Assembly: GCA_041690355.1 (NCBI GenBank)
Contig: JAWLHK010000013.1
Coordinates: forward strand, 62,001-114,146
DNA: 52,146 bases
From: a bacterium
GTDB taxonomy: Bacteria; J088; JAWLBW01
Direction of reading: 5' to 3'
In this document: positions 18,501 through 26,753 of the stretch, piece by piece
Numbering within the stretch: position 1 is the stretch's first letter
Layout of the letters: each line of letters begins with the position of its first letter
Made by a program: the position numbers and the translations under genes
The notes under the pieces: model-generated
Seen by the model: only the letters and a program-made list of their open reading frames with translations
What the model was told of the DNA's origin: nothing
The model's database searches: none

Positions 18501-21500
18501 CGACGGAAACGACTTCGGCATCCCCCAGGTGCGCGTCTATCTCGACGACGGCAGCTGGGCGCTCACCGACGGCGCCGGGCAGTATCACCTCCCCGACGTC
18601 GTCGACGGGACGCATGTCGTGCGGCTCGATGCCGCGACGCTTCCCGACGGCGTGAAGCCGCGGGCCCTCGACATGCGCTTCGGCAGCCGCGAAGACAGTC
18701 AGCTCCTCTTCCTCCCCCCGTCGGGAATGGCCAAGGCCAACTTCCGCGTGGTGGGCGTGCCCGAGCGGGTCGGCACGGTGCCCCTGTTCCCCATGGAGCG
18801 GCGGGTGGCCGGGGCGGTGCGCGCTTCGCTGCAGCTTGCCGGGGTCGAAGCGGCGGCGGGGAGCGCGAGCGCGGGGCGCCTGATTCCGTACCCCGATCTT
18901 GCGGGCGCCAAACCGCCGGCGACGAGGCTTCTCGGCTGGCTGGAGGGGCTGCAGGGGCGTTCGCTCGTGCTTGACGGAACCACCGGGGCCGCCTACCTGG
19001 CGCGCAAACGCGAATTCGAGCGCGCGGGCTTCCGCGTGTCGCTGGGCGATCCGTCGGCCGTGCCGGCCATCCGGGTGCTCGGCGCCGACACGAACGGGGC
19101 CGATCTGGTGCACTTCCGCCTGATGGCCGAGGCCGAGACGACGGCGACCGTCGAACTTCAGATTCCGCCCGAGCTGGCCGTTCTGGCGCCGGAAAGCGGA
19201 TCGCTGCGCCCCGCCGGCGATCGCTGGCTGATGACGATCCCCCCCGGTTCGGCGCCGGGCACCTTTACGGCGCGCGTCCGCCCGGGTACGCCCGCCGGAA
19301 GCTATCCCGTCGTGGCCGTCGAGCGATCGACGGGGCTTGCCGTGACGGCCGAGACCGTCGTCGACGACGGTGCCGTCTGGTTGACGGGTACGCTCGGCGG
19401 CACGCAGTTCGAGGCCGGGAGCGACCGCTTGAAAGAGGCCGCTGTGGTCGAGCTGACCGTGCTCGGCGATCTGCTCGCCGCTCATCCGGATCTTGAGATC
19501 ACTGTTCTGGCGCGCGTCGACGGCAACGGCTTCGATCGCAGCGCGTTTCCCACGAATGCCGCGCTCGCCGAAGCGCGTGCCCGCGCCGTCGCCGCCGTGA
19601 TCGAGGCGCGCGGAGTCGACGCCGCGCGCCTGGCGACGGCCGGGGAGGGGAGCGAAGAAGAAGGACTCGACGGCTTCACGCTCGTCGGGCGCAATCGGAA
19701 CCAGCGGGTCGACATCCGGGTTGTCGATCCCTCGCTCCCCCCCATCCGCGTGCGCGCCGGCCGTCCGGGCGAGGCTTCGCTCAGCCGGACGTCCGAAGTC
19801 ATCCGCGGGTGGATGGCCACCGGCGCTGTCGCGCGCGACGCCGTGAAGCTGCGCTTTTCCGTTCCGGACGCCGAGCGGGCCCCGCGGCCGACCGTCGAAG
19901 TGAACGGTCTGCCGCTCGCATCGCGGGCGATCACGTCGGATACGAGCGGCTGGTATTTTCCGGCCGTCTCGGGCTCGACCTTCACGGTGCTCTACGAGAC
20001 CCCGGCATCCACGGCGACCGTGCATGTCTTCGACGTGCCCCGCGTCGGCCTCGTGAGCCGGACCGACACCGAAGTGGATCGCCTGAATCTGCAGGGTATT
20101 CTGAGCGGCTCGCAGCTTCCGCCCGGCGGCGCCGTCCCGCCCGTGCGCGACGCGACCGTGTTCCGCGCCCTGGTGCTCCCGCCCGCCGCGGGAGATACCG
20201 CCGAGGCGGTGGCGTTGCCGCCGACACTCGCGGCACCGGCGCCGCTGACCGATGCCGTGGCCGATCCGACGCCGCGCCTGATCTTTCCGCCTGCAGACGG
20301 CGTGGCAAGCCGCGCCTCGCTGCGCGTGCAGGCCGTCGTGCACGCGGCGACGACCCCGCAGCTTACGATGAACGGAGAACCGGTCGCGGCTTCGCGACGC
20401 GCGCTGCTCATCGAAGACAAGGCGCAGCAGCGCACGGCCATGGAGTGGCTCGGCGTTCCGCTCGTGACGGGAAAGAATACCTTGCTGCTCGAGGCGCGCG
20501 ACCAGTTCGGCATCGTGCGCCAGCGTGATGAGCGCACGATCTGGCTGCCCGGAGAGATCGCCCGGATCCGCGCCGCGGCCTCTCCCGCGACCCTCCCGGC
20601 CGACAGCCGCAGCATCGCCACCCTGCGCTTCGACCTGTTCGATCGGCTGGGGCTGCAGCCGGCGGATACCCGGTACGTGACCCTCGCCTTCGAAGGGGTC
20701 GAGCCTGTCGATCCGGATTTCAATCTGCTCGAGAACGGCTACCAGATTCCTGTTACGGCGGGCCGCGGGGTCGTGCGCGTGCGTGCGCCGGGCGCCGTGC
20801 GCGAAGCCTGGGTGACGGCACGCCTGGGAGCCCTGTCGACGAAACTCGACATCGGGGTCGTGCCTCAGATGCGCGACTGGATCGTCGTCGGCTTCGGCGA
20901 GGGGACCGTCGGCTACAAGAGCTTCGTGAGTCACCTGGAACCGCCCGACGGCAGCGAGACGTTCGCCAACGGCGTGTTCATCGACGGCAAGACCTCGTTC
21001 TTTCTCCGCGGGCGGATCCTGGGGGAATATCTGTTGACGGCGGCGGCCGATACCAAACGGCATGACGATTTGACCCTCTTTCAGGGGATCGAGCCCGACC
21101 GCTATTACCCCGTTTACGGCGACGACAGCGTCGTCGGCAAGGACGCGCCGACGTCGGGACCGCTCTACGTCAAGCTCGAGAAGGGAAAATCGTATCTGTT
21201 CTGGGGCGATTACAACACGTCCTTCAACGATACGGTGCTCACGGCCTATAACCGCGTCTTCAACGGTCTTGCCGCGCGCTACGATTCGCCGGGCCTGATG
21301 GCAAAGGGCTTCGTGAACTACGGCAACCAGGCGCGGGTTGTCGAGGAGCTGCGCGCCAACGGCACGAGCGGCTATTACTTTCTCTCGGCCGGTCCGATAC
21401 TCGAGGCCTCGGAGCGCCTCGAAATCGTCGTGCGCGATCGCGCCAACGAAGAATTCATCGTCTCGGTCAGGCAGCTCGTGCGCGGGGCCGACTACGACAT

Positions 21501-23289
21501 CGACTATCAGGCGGGCACCATCCTGTTTCGCGAGCCGCAGCCGGCGCTCGATCCTGACCTGAATCCGCGTTTCATCCGCGTTCTCTACGAGGTGCGGGGC
21601 GGCGATACGAAATTCTGGACGTTCGGCGGCAGGGTTCGTGCGCGGCCCACGGACTTCCTTGAAGTCGGCGCCACCGAGGTGCGCGAGCAGCGGCTGGGCG
21701 ACGCCTACAATCTCGCCGGCGTCGACGCCAAGGTCGCGCTGCCGCTGCGCACGATTGTGGGGGCCGAACTGGCGCGCTCCGACACGGTCCTGAACGGTAC
21801 CGGAACGGCCCAGCGCTACCTGCTCGAATCGAACCCGGTGGGCCCGCTCGAAATCCACGGCGACGCCTACCGGCTCACACAGCGCTTTGAAAACGAGTTT
21901 TCGCTGCTCCATCCGGGAACGACCGGCGCGCGGCTGAATGGGTTGTACCATCTGACGTCGAACGTCGATGTCGTCGCCGCCCAGACACTCGAGAAACGCG
22001 AAGGGCCGCCCGAGAGCCTCGTGAGCGCCTCGACGCTCGCCACGCGCCTCAACTGGGAACGCCAGCAGATCGAGGTGCGTTACCTTCACATCGAGAGTGA
22101 GGTCGCCGACGAGAACGAGGCCGACGATACGCTGCGCCTGAGCGGGCGGGCCCCGATTTACGACAAGCTGAGCGGAACCGTGTTCGGCGAGCAGAGCTTC
22201 CATCTGTTGCGGGCCAACGCCTTCGGGGCCGGACTCGACTACCAGCTCCTCAATTCCACCCGCGTCTACACGAAGTACGAAAACCGCAGCCGCGAGCTCT
22301 TTCTCGTGAGCGACAGCAACCTGACACAATCGCTCCCCACGGCGCTGCAGACGCAGTCGGGCCGGCAGAATCTCTTCACGCTCGGCGTCGACACGCAGCT
22401 CGAATACGGCTTCACTGCCTATTCGGAATATCGCGGCACCTATACGCCCGAGGAGCCGCTCGACCAGATCGGCTCCGGGGTGCGCAACCGCTACCCGATC
22501 ACGACCCGCTGGACCCTGAACGGGTTTGCCGAGCGGGTCGAAACGCTGCGCGGCGATCCCGACACCGAGCACTGGGCCTTCGGCGCCGGCGGCGATTACC
22601 TGTGGTCTGGCCGGGCGAAGGGGACGCTGCGGAGCGAGTACCGCATCGGCGCCATCGATCGTTCGCTCCTTTTCGTCGAGGCCTTTGCATTCAAGGCGCT
22701 CGACAGCCTGACCCTGGTCGAGAAGAACATTTACTACCGGACGTTCGACTTCGTCGAGCGCTTCTCGAACCGGTCCATGCTCGGCGCGGCCTGGCGGCCG
22801 GCCGCGCAGGATATCTTCCAGACGTTCACGCGGCTCGAGTACAAGCGGGAGCGCGCCATTCGCACGGCGACGGAAGATCGCACGGTCGGCCTCGGGGCCG
22901 TCGAGCTGTTCTTCGAGCCGGTACCCGAACTCGAGCTCGACACCAAGTTCGGGGCCAAGCGGGTGCGGGAGCTCGATCTGCCCGGCATCCCGCCGCTGAA
23001 CACCTACCTCGTGGCCGGGAGCCTCTGGCTGCAGTTTCTGCCGCATTTCGCCGTCGGGTACCACGAGCGCGATCTCTTCACCCCCGGGCTGGCGAAACAC
23101 GATGCCTCGCGCGGCCTCGAACTCGGGTGGAATGCCGTCGACGACGCCTGGTTCAACATCGGCTATAACTGGCGCGGCTTCGAAGACCGCGATTTCTCGG
23201 GCAACAGCTATTGGAGCCAGGGCCCGTACCTGCGCGTACGCTTCAAGTTTGACGAGCGCAGCCTCGACAGGGTGATCGGCCATGACTGA
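15502..23289 (+). CDS. Giant outer-membrane protein: DUF11/Ig repeats, SdrD-B-like domain, OmpA-like domain, large C-terminal beta-barrel (candidate assembly platform/anchor)
   Basis: Signal peptide; three complete K/D/N DUF11 modules; IIGRVFYDADENG; QFEAGS...NAALAEARARAV...NQRVDI; about 800 aa C-terminal region rich in amphipathic beta strands ending GPYLRVRFKFDE. Confidence 0.85.
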   Translation: MGLRRFSWIGVLAAVLWGGYAWTATLAGVQIRNRAEAVYYDAAGREYVAYSPWSVLVVAPVLSFSISPSADQTREGTAGTFVTFPYLLANSGNVTATLAFSLAGTGPFEAYEDRNGNGVIDAGDGLLPSSVELEPGASLSVLVLLIVPPGSLAGDLYANDLQITADYPDNPFTPVVQTVRQRVDVVEGSRFSLGKGVTLQQDVDGDGRPSRGDVLEWSVRAFNEGDEEITSLVVSDPLPPTVVYRPGQTRLEPWNLAGGTQAVLESSADGSVWHPGEPLPGERFLRVRMDLGGGGVFPSGAGFRFTYQTTITDQTSYPATITNVAVAKFEDRFSPPVHTHPSNVASVFVQATNGLDMRLPVRTSGTAGSRLRWSAAVTNTTASPVLVNFSGTGLVWPFVLYDAAGTPLPDADNDGRRDLIAPPGTTYFLVEEDLAGANAGDIGDLSLTARSAVGAVTRVHRTEVVGAVLTAAPDAPATQGAAGTTVRIPVTLTLDASSNQLVTVTPGSSPWPVRVVDDAGRPLTDLALYPGRPVTVYLEVDIPAGTPVGATRLVTATVGWSGTPITVQATVQTTSSLGLLLAPSGMRQRVNPGGTVEFAHVVTNVGTVPLRTSLVLRRETAVIDPKAIRPQTASAAAATRAQTARWRFDFLSGDRPMVDDDGDGYPDFGVVPPGETRRFVVRVRAPLEAALGTVQPFRIVGRAVGYNDVEIADEVVVGGVPRFEAESSRKSVSPAGRVEPGMTLRYAVRVRNVGETAGTEVTIRDPLPQGLETPSIVHGEGAWDAQSRTLTFARPRLEPGEEWEVAFDAVVASDAPVDEELVNRAFIQTAEISPFETNATRTLVLERALRLVKTVDEKTAETGDFTHWNLLVENSSRRMPLFDVQVTDRLPPGLSYVAGSARVDGRRLADPERDGSLLVWTLDELAPVTRRKITFLATVDPLRTGRDRENIAWAAARTPNGHAIDSARARAVVRIVEGLFTDRGTIIGRVFYDADENGRFDGNDFGIPQVRVYLDDGSWALTDGAGQYHLPDVVDGTHVVRLDAATLPDGVKPRALDMRFGSREDSQLLFLPPSGMAKANFRVVGVPERVGTVPLFPMERRVAGAVRASLQLAGVEAAAGSASAGRLIPYPDLAGAKPPATRLLGWLEGLQGRSLVLDGTTGAAYLARKREFERAGFRVSLGDPSAVPAIRVLGADTNGADLVHFRLMAEAETTATVELQIPPELAVLAPESGSLRPAGDRWLMTIPPGSAPGTFTARVRPGTPAGSYPVVAVERSTGLAVTAETVVDDGAVWLTGTLGGTQFEAGSDRLKEAAVVELTVLGDLLAAHPDLEITVLARVDGNGFDRSAFPTNAALAEARARAVAAVIEARGVDAARLATAGEGSEEEGLDGFTLVGRNRNQRVDIRVVDPSLPPIRVRAGRPGEASLSRTSEVIRGWMATGAVARDAVKLRFSVPDAERAPRPTVEVNGLPLASRAITSDTSGWYFPAVSGSTFTVLYETPASTATVHVFDVPRVGLVSRTDTEVDRLNLQGILSGSQLPPGGAVPPVRDATVFRALVLPPAAGDTAEAVALPPTLAAPAPLTDAVADPTPRLIFPPADGVASRASLRVQAVVHAATTPQLTMNGEPVAASRRALLIEDKAQQRTAMEWLGVPLVTGKNTLLLEARDQFGIVRQRDERTIWLPGEIARIRAAASPATLPADSRSIATLRFDLFDRLGLQPADTRYVTLAFEGVEPVDPDFNLLENGYQIPVTAGRGVVRVRAPGAVREAWVTARLGALSTKLDIGVVPQMRDWIVVGFGEGTVGYKSFVSHLEPPDGSETFANGVFIDGKTSFFLRGRILGEYLLTAAADTKRHDDLTLFQGIEPDRYYPVYGDDSVVGKDAPTSGPLYVKLEKGKSYLFWGDYNTSFNDTVLTAYNRVFNGLAARYDSPGLMAKGFVNYGNQARVVEELRANGTSGYYFLSAGPILEASERLEIVVRDRANEEFIVSVRQLVRGADYDIDYQAGTILFREPQPALDPDLNPRFIRVLYEVRGGDTKFWTFGGRVRARPTDFLEVGATEVREQRLGDAYNLAGVDAKVALPLRTIVGAELARSDTVLNGTGTAQRYLLESNPVGPLEIHGDAYRLTQRFENEFSLLHPGTTGARLNGLYHLTSNVDVVAAQTLEKREGPPESLVSASTLATRLNWERQQIEVRYLHIESEVADENEADDTLRLSGRAPIYDKLSGTVFGEQSFHLLRANAFGAGLDYQLLNSTRVYTKYENRSRELFLVSDSNLTQSLPTALQTQSGRQNLFTLGVDTQLEYGFTAYSEYRGTYTPEEPLDQIGSGVRNRYPITTRWTLNGFAERVETLRGDPDTEHWAFGAGGDYLWSGRAKGTLRSEYRIGAIDRSLLFVEAFAFKALDSLTLVEKNIYYRTFDFVERFSNRSMLGAAWRPAAQDIFQTFTRLEYKRERAIRTATEDRTVGLGAVELFFEPVPELELDTKFGAKRVRELDLPGIPPLNTYLVAGSLWLQFLPHFAVGYHERDLFTPGLAKHDASRGLELGWNAVDDAWFNIGYNWRGFEDRDFSGNSYWSQGPYLRVRFKFDERSLDRVIGHD

Positions 23290-26200
23290 CGCGCGCCGCA
23301 TCCCGTTCATTTCAAGTCTTGCTCGGGCTCTTTTGCCGGGTCTGCTCGGCCTTCTCTGTGTCCTCGCGTGGCCGGAGACGGCGCTCGCCGCGTGGCCGGC
23401 TGATGCCGACTGGATCGCAGTCAATCAAGGGGGTTCTTCGCAGGCTGACGGCACGCTCGACGAGAATACGGATTACCGCAACGTCGTCGGCGATGCATCC
23501 TACCCGGCGACCTACTGGTACAACGACGGGGTCCACCTCTCCTTCCGCATGCGGCTCGACGGCAGTCCGCAGGGGGGCGGCGGGCAGAACCTGCTCAAGC
23601 CGTTCGGCTGGGGCGTGCTCATCGATACCGACGGCGACTGGAGCGACTACGAGTTTTCGGTCATCGCCAACGGCATTGACGAGAGCGTCACGTTCTACCA
23701 GAACACGTCGCAGAACACGGCGTACGATGCGAGCGATCCGCCCGAGGTAACGCTGGCCGTATACGACACGGCCACGAACGCCAGGGTCTCGCTTGCCGAC
23801 TCGAGTTTCAACGGCACGCCAGATTACTATGTGGACTTCCAGGTCTCGTGGGCGACCTTCATGGCGGCCTCGGGCCTGAATGAAGCGAGCGCGCTGTCTT
23901 TCGTGTTCGGGACATCCAACAACGGCACGACCCTGGGCAGCGACATCAGCGGCAGTACGAACCTGGACATGGGGCAGGGGGGCGGCGACCCCGTTTATCC
24001 CAGCGTCGCCGACATGTCGTTGACGAAATCGCACGCCGCAAACTTCGCCGTCGAAGACACGGGCGTCTATACGCTCACCGTCTCGAACGCCGGCCCGTCG
24101 AACATTGCCGGTCCGATTACGGTGACCGACAGCCTGCCCGCAGGGCTGACCTTCGTGTCGGCCACGGGGAGTAACTGGAACTGCGCGGCGGCCGGGCAGG
24201 ATGTCACGTGCACCCACCCCGGCCTGCTCCTTTCGGGCGCGAGCCTTCCCCCGATCACCCTTACGGTGACCGTCGACGCGGCTGCCTGGCCCTCGGTTAC
24301 GAACACCGCCTCGGCGAGCGCGAACACGACCGATGAAGACCTGACCAACAACACCGCGTCAGACTTCACCACGGTCGAACGCCGCAGCGATCTGGCCATC
24401 GCGAAGACCGACGGGCAGGCCACGGCCATCCCCGGATCTGCCATCGCCTACACGATTACGCTCACCAATCTCGGCCCGACGAGCGTGACCGCGGCCACGG
24501 TGAGCGACACGCTTCCGGCCGCGCTGCTGGGTCCCCTCTTTGCGCCGTCTGCCGGCGCCTACGACGCGGGGAGCGGCCAGTGGACCGGCCTTGCCCTGGC
24601 GGCGGGCCAGTCGGCGACGCTCACGCTGACGGCAACTCTCGACCCGGCGGCGACCGGAACGCTCACGAACACGGTGAGCGTCACGCCCCCGCCCACGTGG
24701 ATCGATCCCGCGGCGGGAAATGACTCCGCTTCGGATACGGATACGCTGACGCCGCAGGCCGATCTGGCGATCGCGAAAACGCAGGACGGCTCCTTCACGG
24801 TGGGCGAAAGCGGAACTTTTACGATTCAGGTCGAGAACCTGGGCCCCTCGGATTCCAACGGCACCATCACGGTGACCGATACGCTCGCCTCGGAGCTTGC
24901 CTACGTCGGGGCCGCCGGCGCCGGATGGACCTGTTCGGTTTCGGGCGCGACCGTCACCTGCACGCGCGCCGGCACGGTGCCGCCGGCGACGATGCTGCCG
25001 GCCATAACGCTCACGGTGCTGCCGGCCGAGGCCGCCGCTGGGGCCTGGGTCACGAACACGGCGTCGCTGGGCGGCGCGACCCCGGATCCCGACGGCGCCA
25101 ACGATACGTCGACGATTCCCGTCCTGGTCGGGCGCCGGATCAGCGGCACGGTGTATGCCGACGCCGATCACTCGGGAACGCGCGACGGCGGCGAAGCCGG
25201 CCCGGGGGTTCCCGTCTACGCCAAGCTCGTCTCGGGGGCCGTCGTCACGCAGAGCGTCCTGGTCGACCCGGTCACCGGGGCCTACGTGCTGCGCGGGGTG
25301 CTCGACGGGTCGTACACGGTCTTCCTCGACGACAACGGCAGCCTCGCCGATGCGTCGCCGACGCCGCCGGCAGGGTGGATCGCCGTCAGTCCTGCATCGC
25401 TTTCTCAGTTCGCCGTCATGGCGGGCGCGAACGTGTCGGGGGTCGACTTCGGATTGTTCAGCGGAAGCCGCGTCGACGGGCTTGTCTTCTTCGACGATGG
25501 CGCGGGCGGCGGCGTCGCGCACGACGGTGTTCAGAACGGCGCAGAAGCCGCGCGAGCAGGCGTGTCGATCGAATTGACCGACGCCGGCGGGACGACCGTG
25601 CTGCAGGCGACGGCCACCGACGGCGCGGGGGCATTCGGGTTCTGGCTTCCCGCTTCCCTGGCCGGACAGACGGTACGCATCCGCGCGAGCGACGGCTTCG
25701 GATTCCGCTCGGCCTCGGGCAGCCCGGGAACGACCGGCGGCAGCTACGATCCGGGAACCGACGAGCTGACCTTCGTCGTCGCCGCCGGCAACGCATATAC
25801 GGGGGTTACGTTCGGCGACGTGCCCGAGAGCGAGTTCTCACCTTCACGCGCGGGGACCGTTCTCGCGGGGGGAACCATCGTTTACGCCGCGTCGTTCACG
25901 GCGGGCACCGCGGGCGATCTGGCTTTCGCGGTCGCGTCGGCCTGGCCGGCCACGGTGTATCTCGACGCCGACGCCTCGGGGACGCTCACCGCCGGCGATA
26001 CGGCCCTCGGCGGTTCGCTGGCGGTCGTGGGCGGAAACGTCTATCGCCTGCTGCTCGAAGTGTCCGTCCCCGCGGCCACGGCCGCCGGCAGCGTGGATGT
26101 CGCCACGTGGACGGCCGCGCTGACCTACGCGGGGACGGCGGTGGTGGAGTCGCACGCGGTACTCGATACGACCGCCGTCGCGCCGTCGCTCGATCTCGTC

Positions 26201-26467
26201 AAGGAGATGTCGATCAACGGCGGGGCGTTCACGTCGAGCCCGCTCGGCGCCGTTCCCGGCGATCTGGTGACCTACCGGGTGACCTATACGAATCCGAGCG
26301 CGCTCACCTTTCAGAACCTGGTCGTAAGCGATCCCATCCCACCCGCGACCACATTCGTGAGCGCGAGCGGCGCGCCCACGCTTTCGGCGGGCGTGCTCAA
26401 CTGGTCGCTCGGCGCGCTGGGGCCCGGCGCGAGCGGAACCGTGGAGTTCACGGTGCAGATTCAGTGA
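23282..26467 (+). CDS. Secreted DUF11/SdrD-B repeat protein with unique N-terminal beta domain (candidate tip adhesin)
   Basis: Overlaps upstream stop by 8 nt; signal peptide ending ALA; three complete DUF11 domains, ISGTVYAD and VDGLVFFD modules, truncated C-terminal DUF11 ending VEFTVQIQ. Confidence 0.85.
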   Translation: MTDARRIPFISSLARALLPGLLGLLCVLAWPETALAAWPADADWIAVNQGGSSQADGTLDENTDYRNVVGDASYPATYWYNDGVHLSFRMRLDGSPQGGGGQNLLKPFGWGVLIDTDGDWSDYEFSVIANGIDESVTFYQNTSQNTAYDASDPPEVTLAVYDTATNARVSLADSSFNGTPDYYVDFQVSWATFMAASGLNEASALSFVFGTSNNGTTLGSDISGSTNLDMGQGGGDPVYPSVADMSLTKSHAANFAVEDTGVYTLTVSNAGPSNIAGPITVTDSLPAGLTFVSATGSNWNCAAAGQDVTCTHPGLLLSGASLPPITLTVTVDAAAWPSVTNTASASANTTDEDLTNNTASDFTTVERRSDLAIAKTDGQATAIPGSAIAYTITLTNLGPTSVTAATVSDTLPAALLGPLFAPSAGAYDAGSGQWTGLALAAGQSATLTLTATLDPAATGTLTNTVSVTPPPTWIDPAAGNDSASDTDTLTPQADLAIAKTQDGSFTVGESGTFTIQVENLGPSDSNGTITVTDTLASELAYVGAAGAGWTCSVSGATVTCTRAGTVPPATMLPAITLTVLPAEAAAGAWVTNTASLGGATPDPDGANDTSTIPVLVGRRISGTVYADADHSGTRDGGEAGPGVPVYAKLVSGAVVTQSVLVDPVTGAYVLRGVLDGSYTVFLDDNGSLADASPTPPAGWIAVSPASLSQFAVMAGANVSGVDFGLFSGSRVDGLVFFDDGAGGGVAHDGVQNGAEAARAGVSIELTDAGGTTVLQATATDGAGAFGFWLPASLAGQTVRIRASDGFGFRSASGSPGTTGGSYDPGTDELTFVVAAGNAYTGVTFGDVPESEFSPSRAGTVLAGGTIVYAASFTAGTAGDLAFAVASAWPATVYLDADASGTLTAGDTALGGSLAVVGGNVYRLLLEVSVPAATAAGSVDVATWTAALTYAGTAVVESHAVLDTTAVAPSLDLVKEMSINGGAFTSSPLGAVPGDLVTYRVTYTNPSALTFQNLVVSDPIPPATTFVSASGAPTLSAGVLNWSLGALGPGASGTVEFTVQIQ

Positions 26468-26753
26468 CCCTGCGGGGCTGTTTCAGAAATCCTTACAAAT
26501 TTCTTTTGCTTCCCGTTGACTTCCTGTATACTGTAGCTTCGCCTCGCTTCAGGCAGGTGAAGCTTTACTGGCTTCCCGGATAGCGACTGCACTGCAGGTA
26601 GCGCTCGTTCGGGGGGACGTAAAATCGGATCGCCCGTACCGAATCCTTCGGGCTCGCAAAAAGTTTTTTCAACCTTTTCGCGGTCAGCTCCCGCGTCGCC
26701 GCTGCGTTTTGAGTCGTGCGCGCGCGGTTGCAGCGACCGAGGAGTTACAATTC

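Noticed and set aside
18247-23424. 1725-aa minus-strand ORF
   Set aside because: Antisense shadow of the 2595-aa gene; high GC3 suppresses stops on the opposite strand; no recognisable motifs
26536-26670. SRP RNA, 6S RNA or cobalamin riboswitch
   Set aside because: No SRP domain IV consensus, no clear 6S central bubble, and only a fragmentary GGGAA/GCCAG resemblance on the minus strand; kept as an unassigned structure
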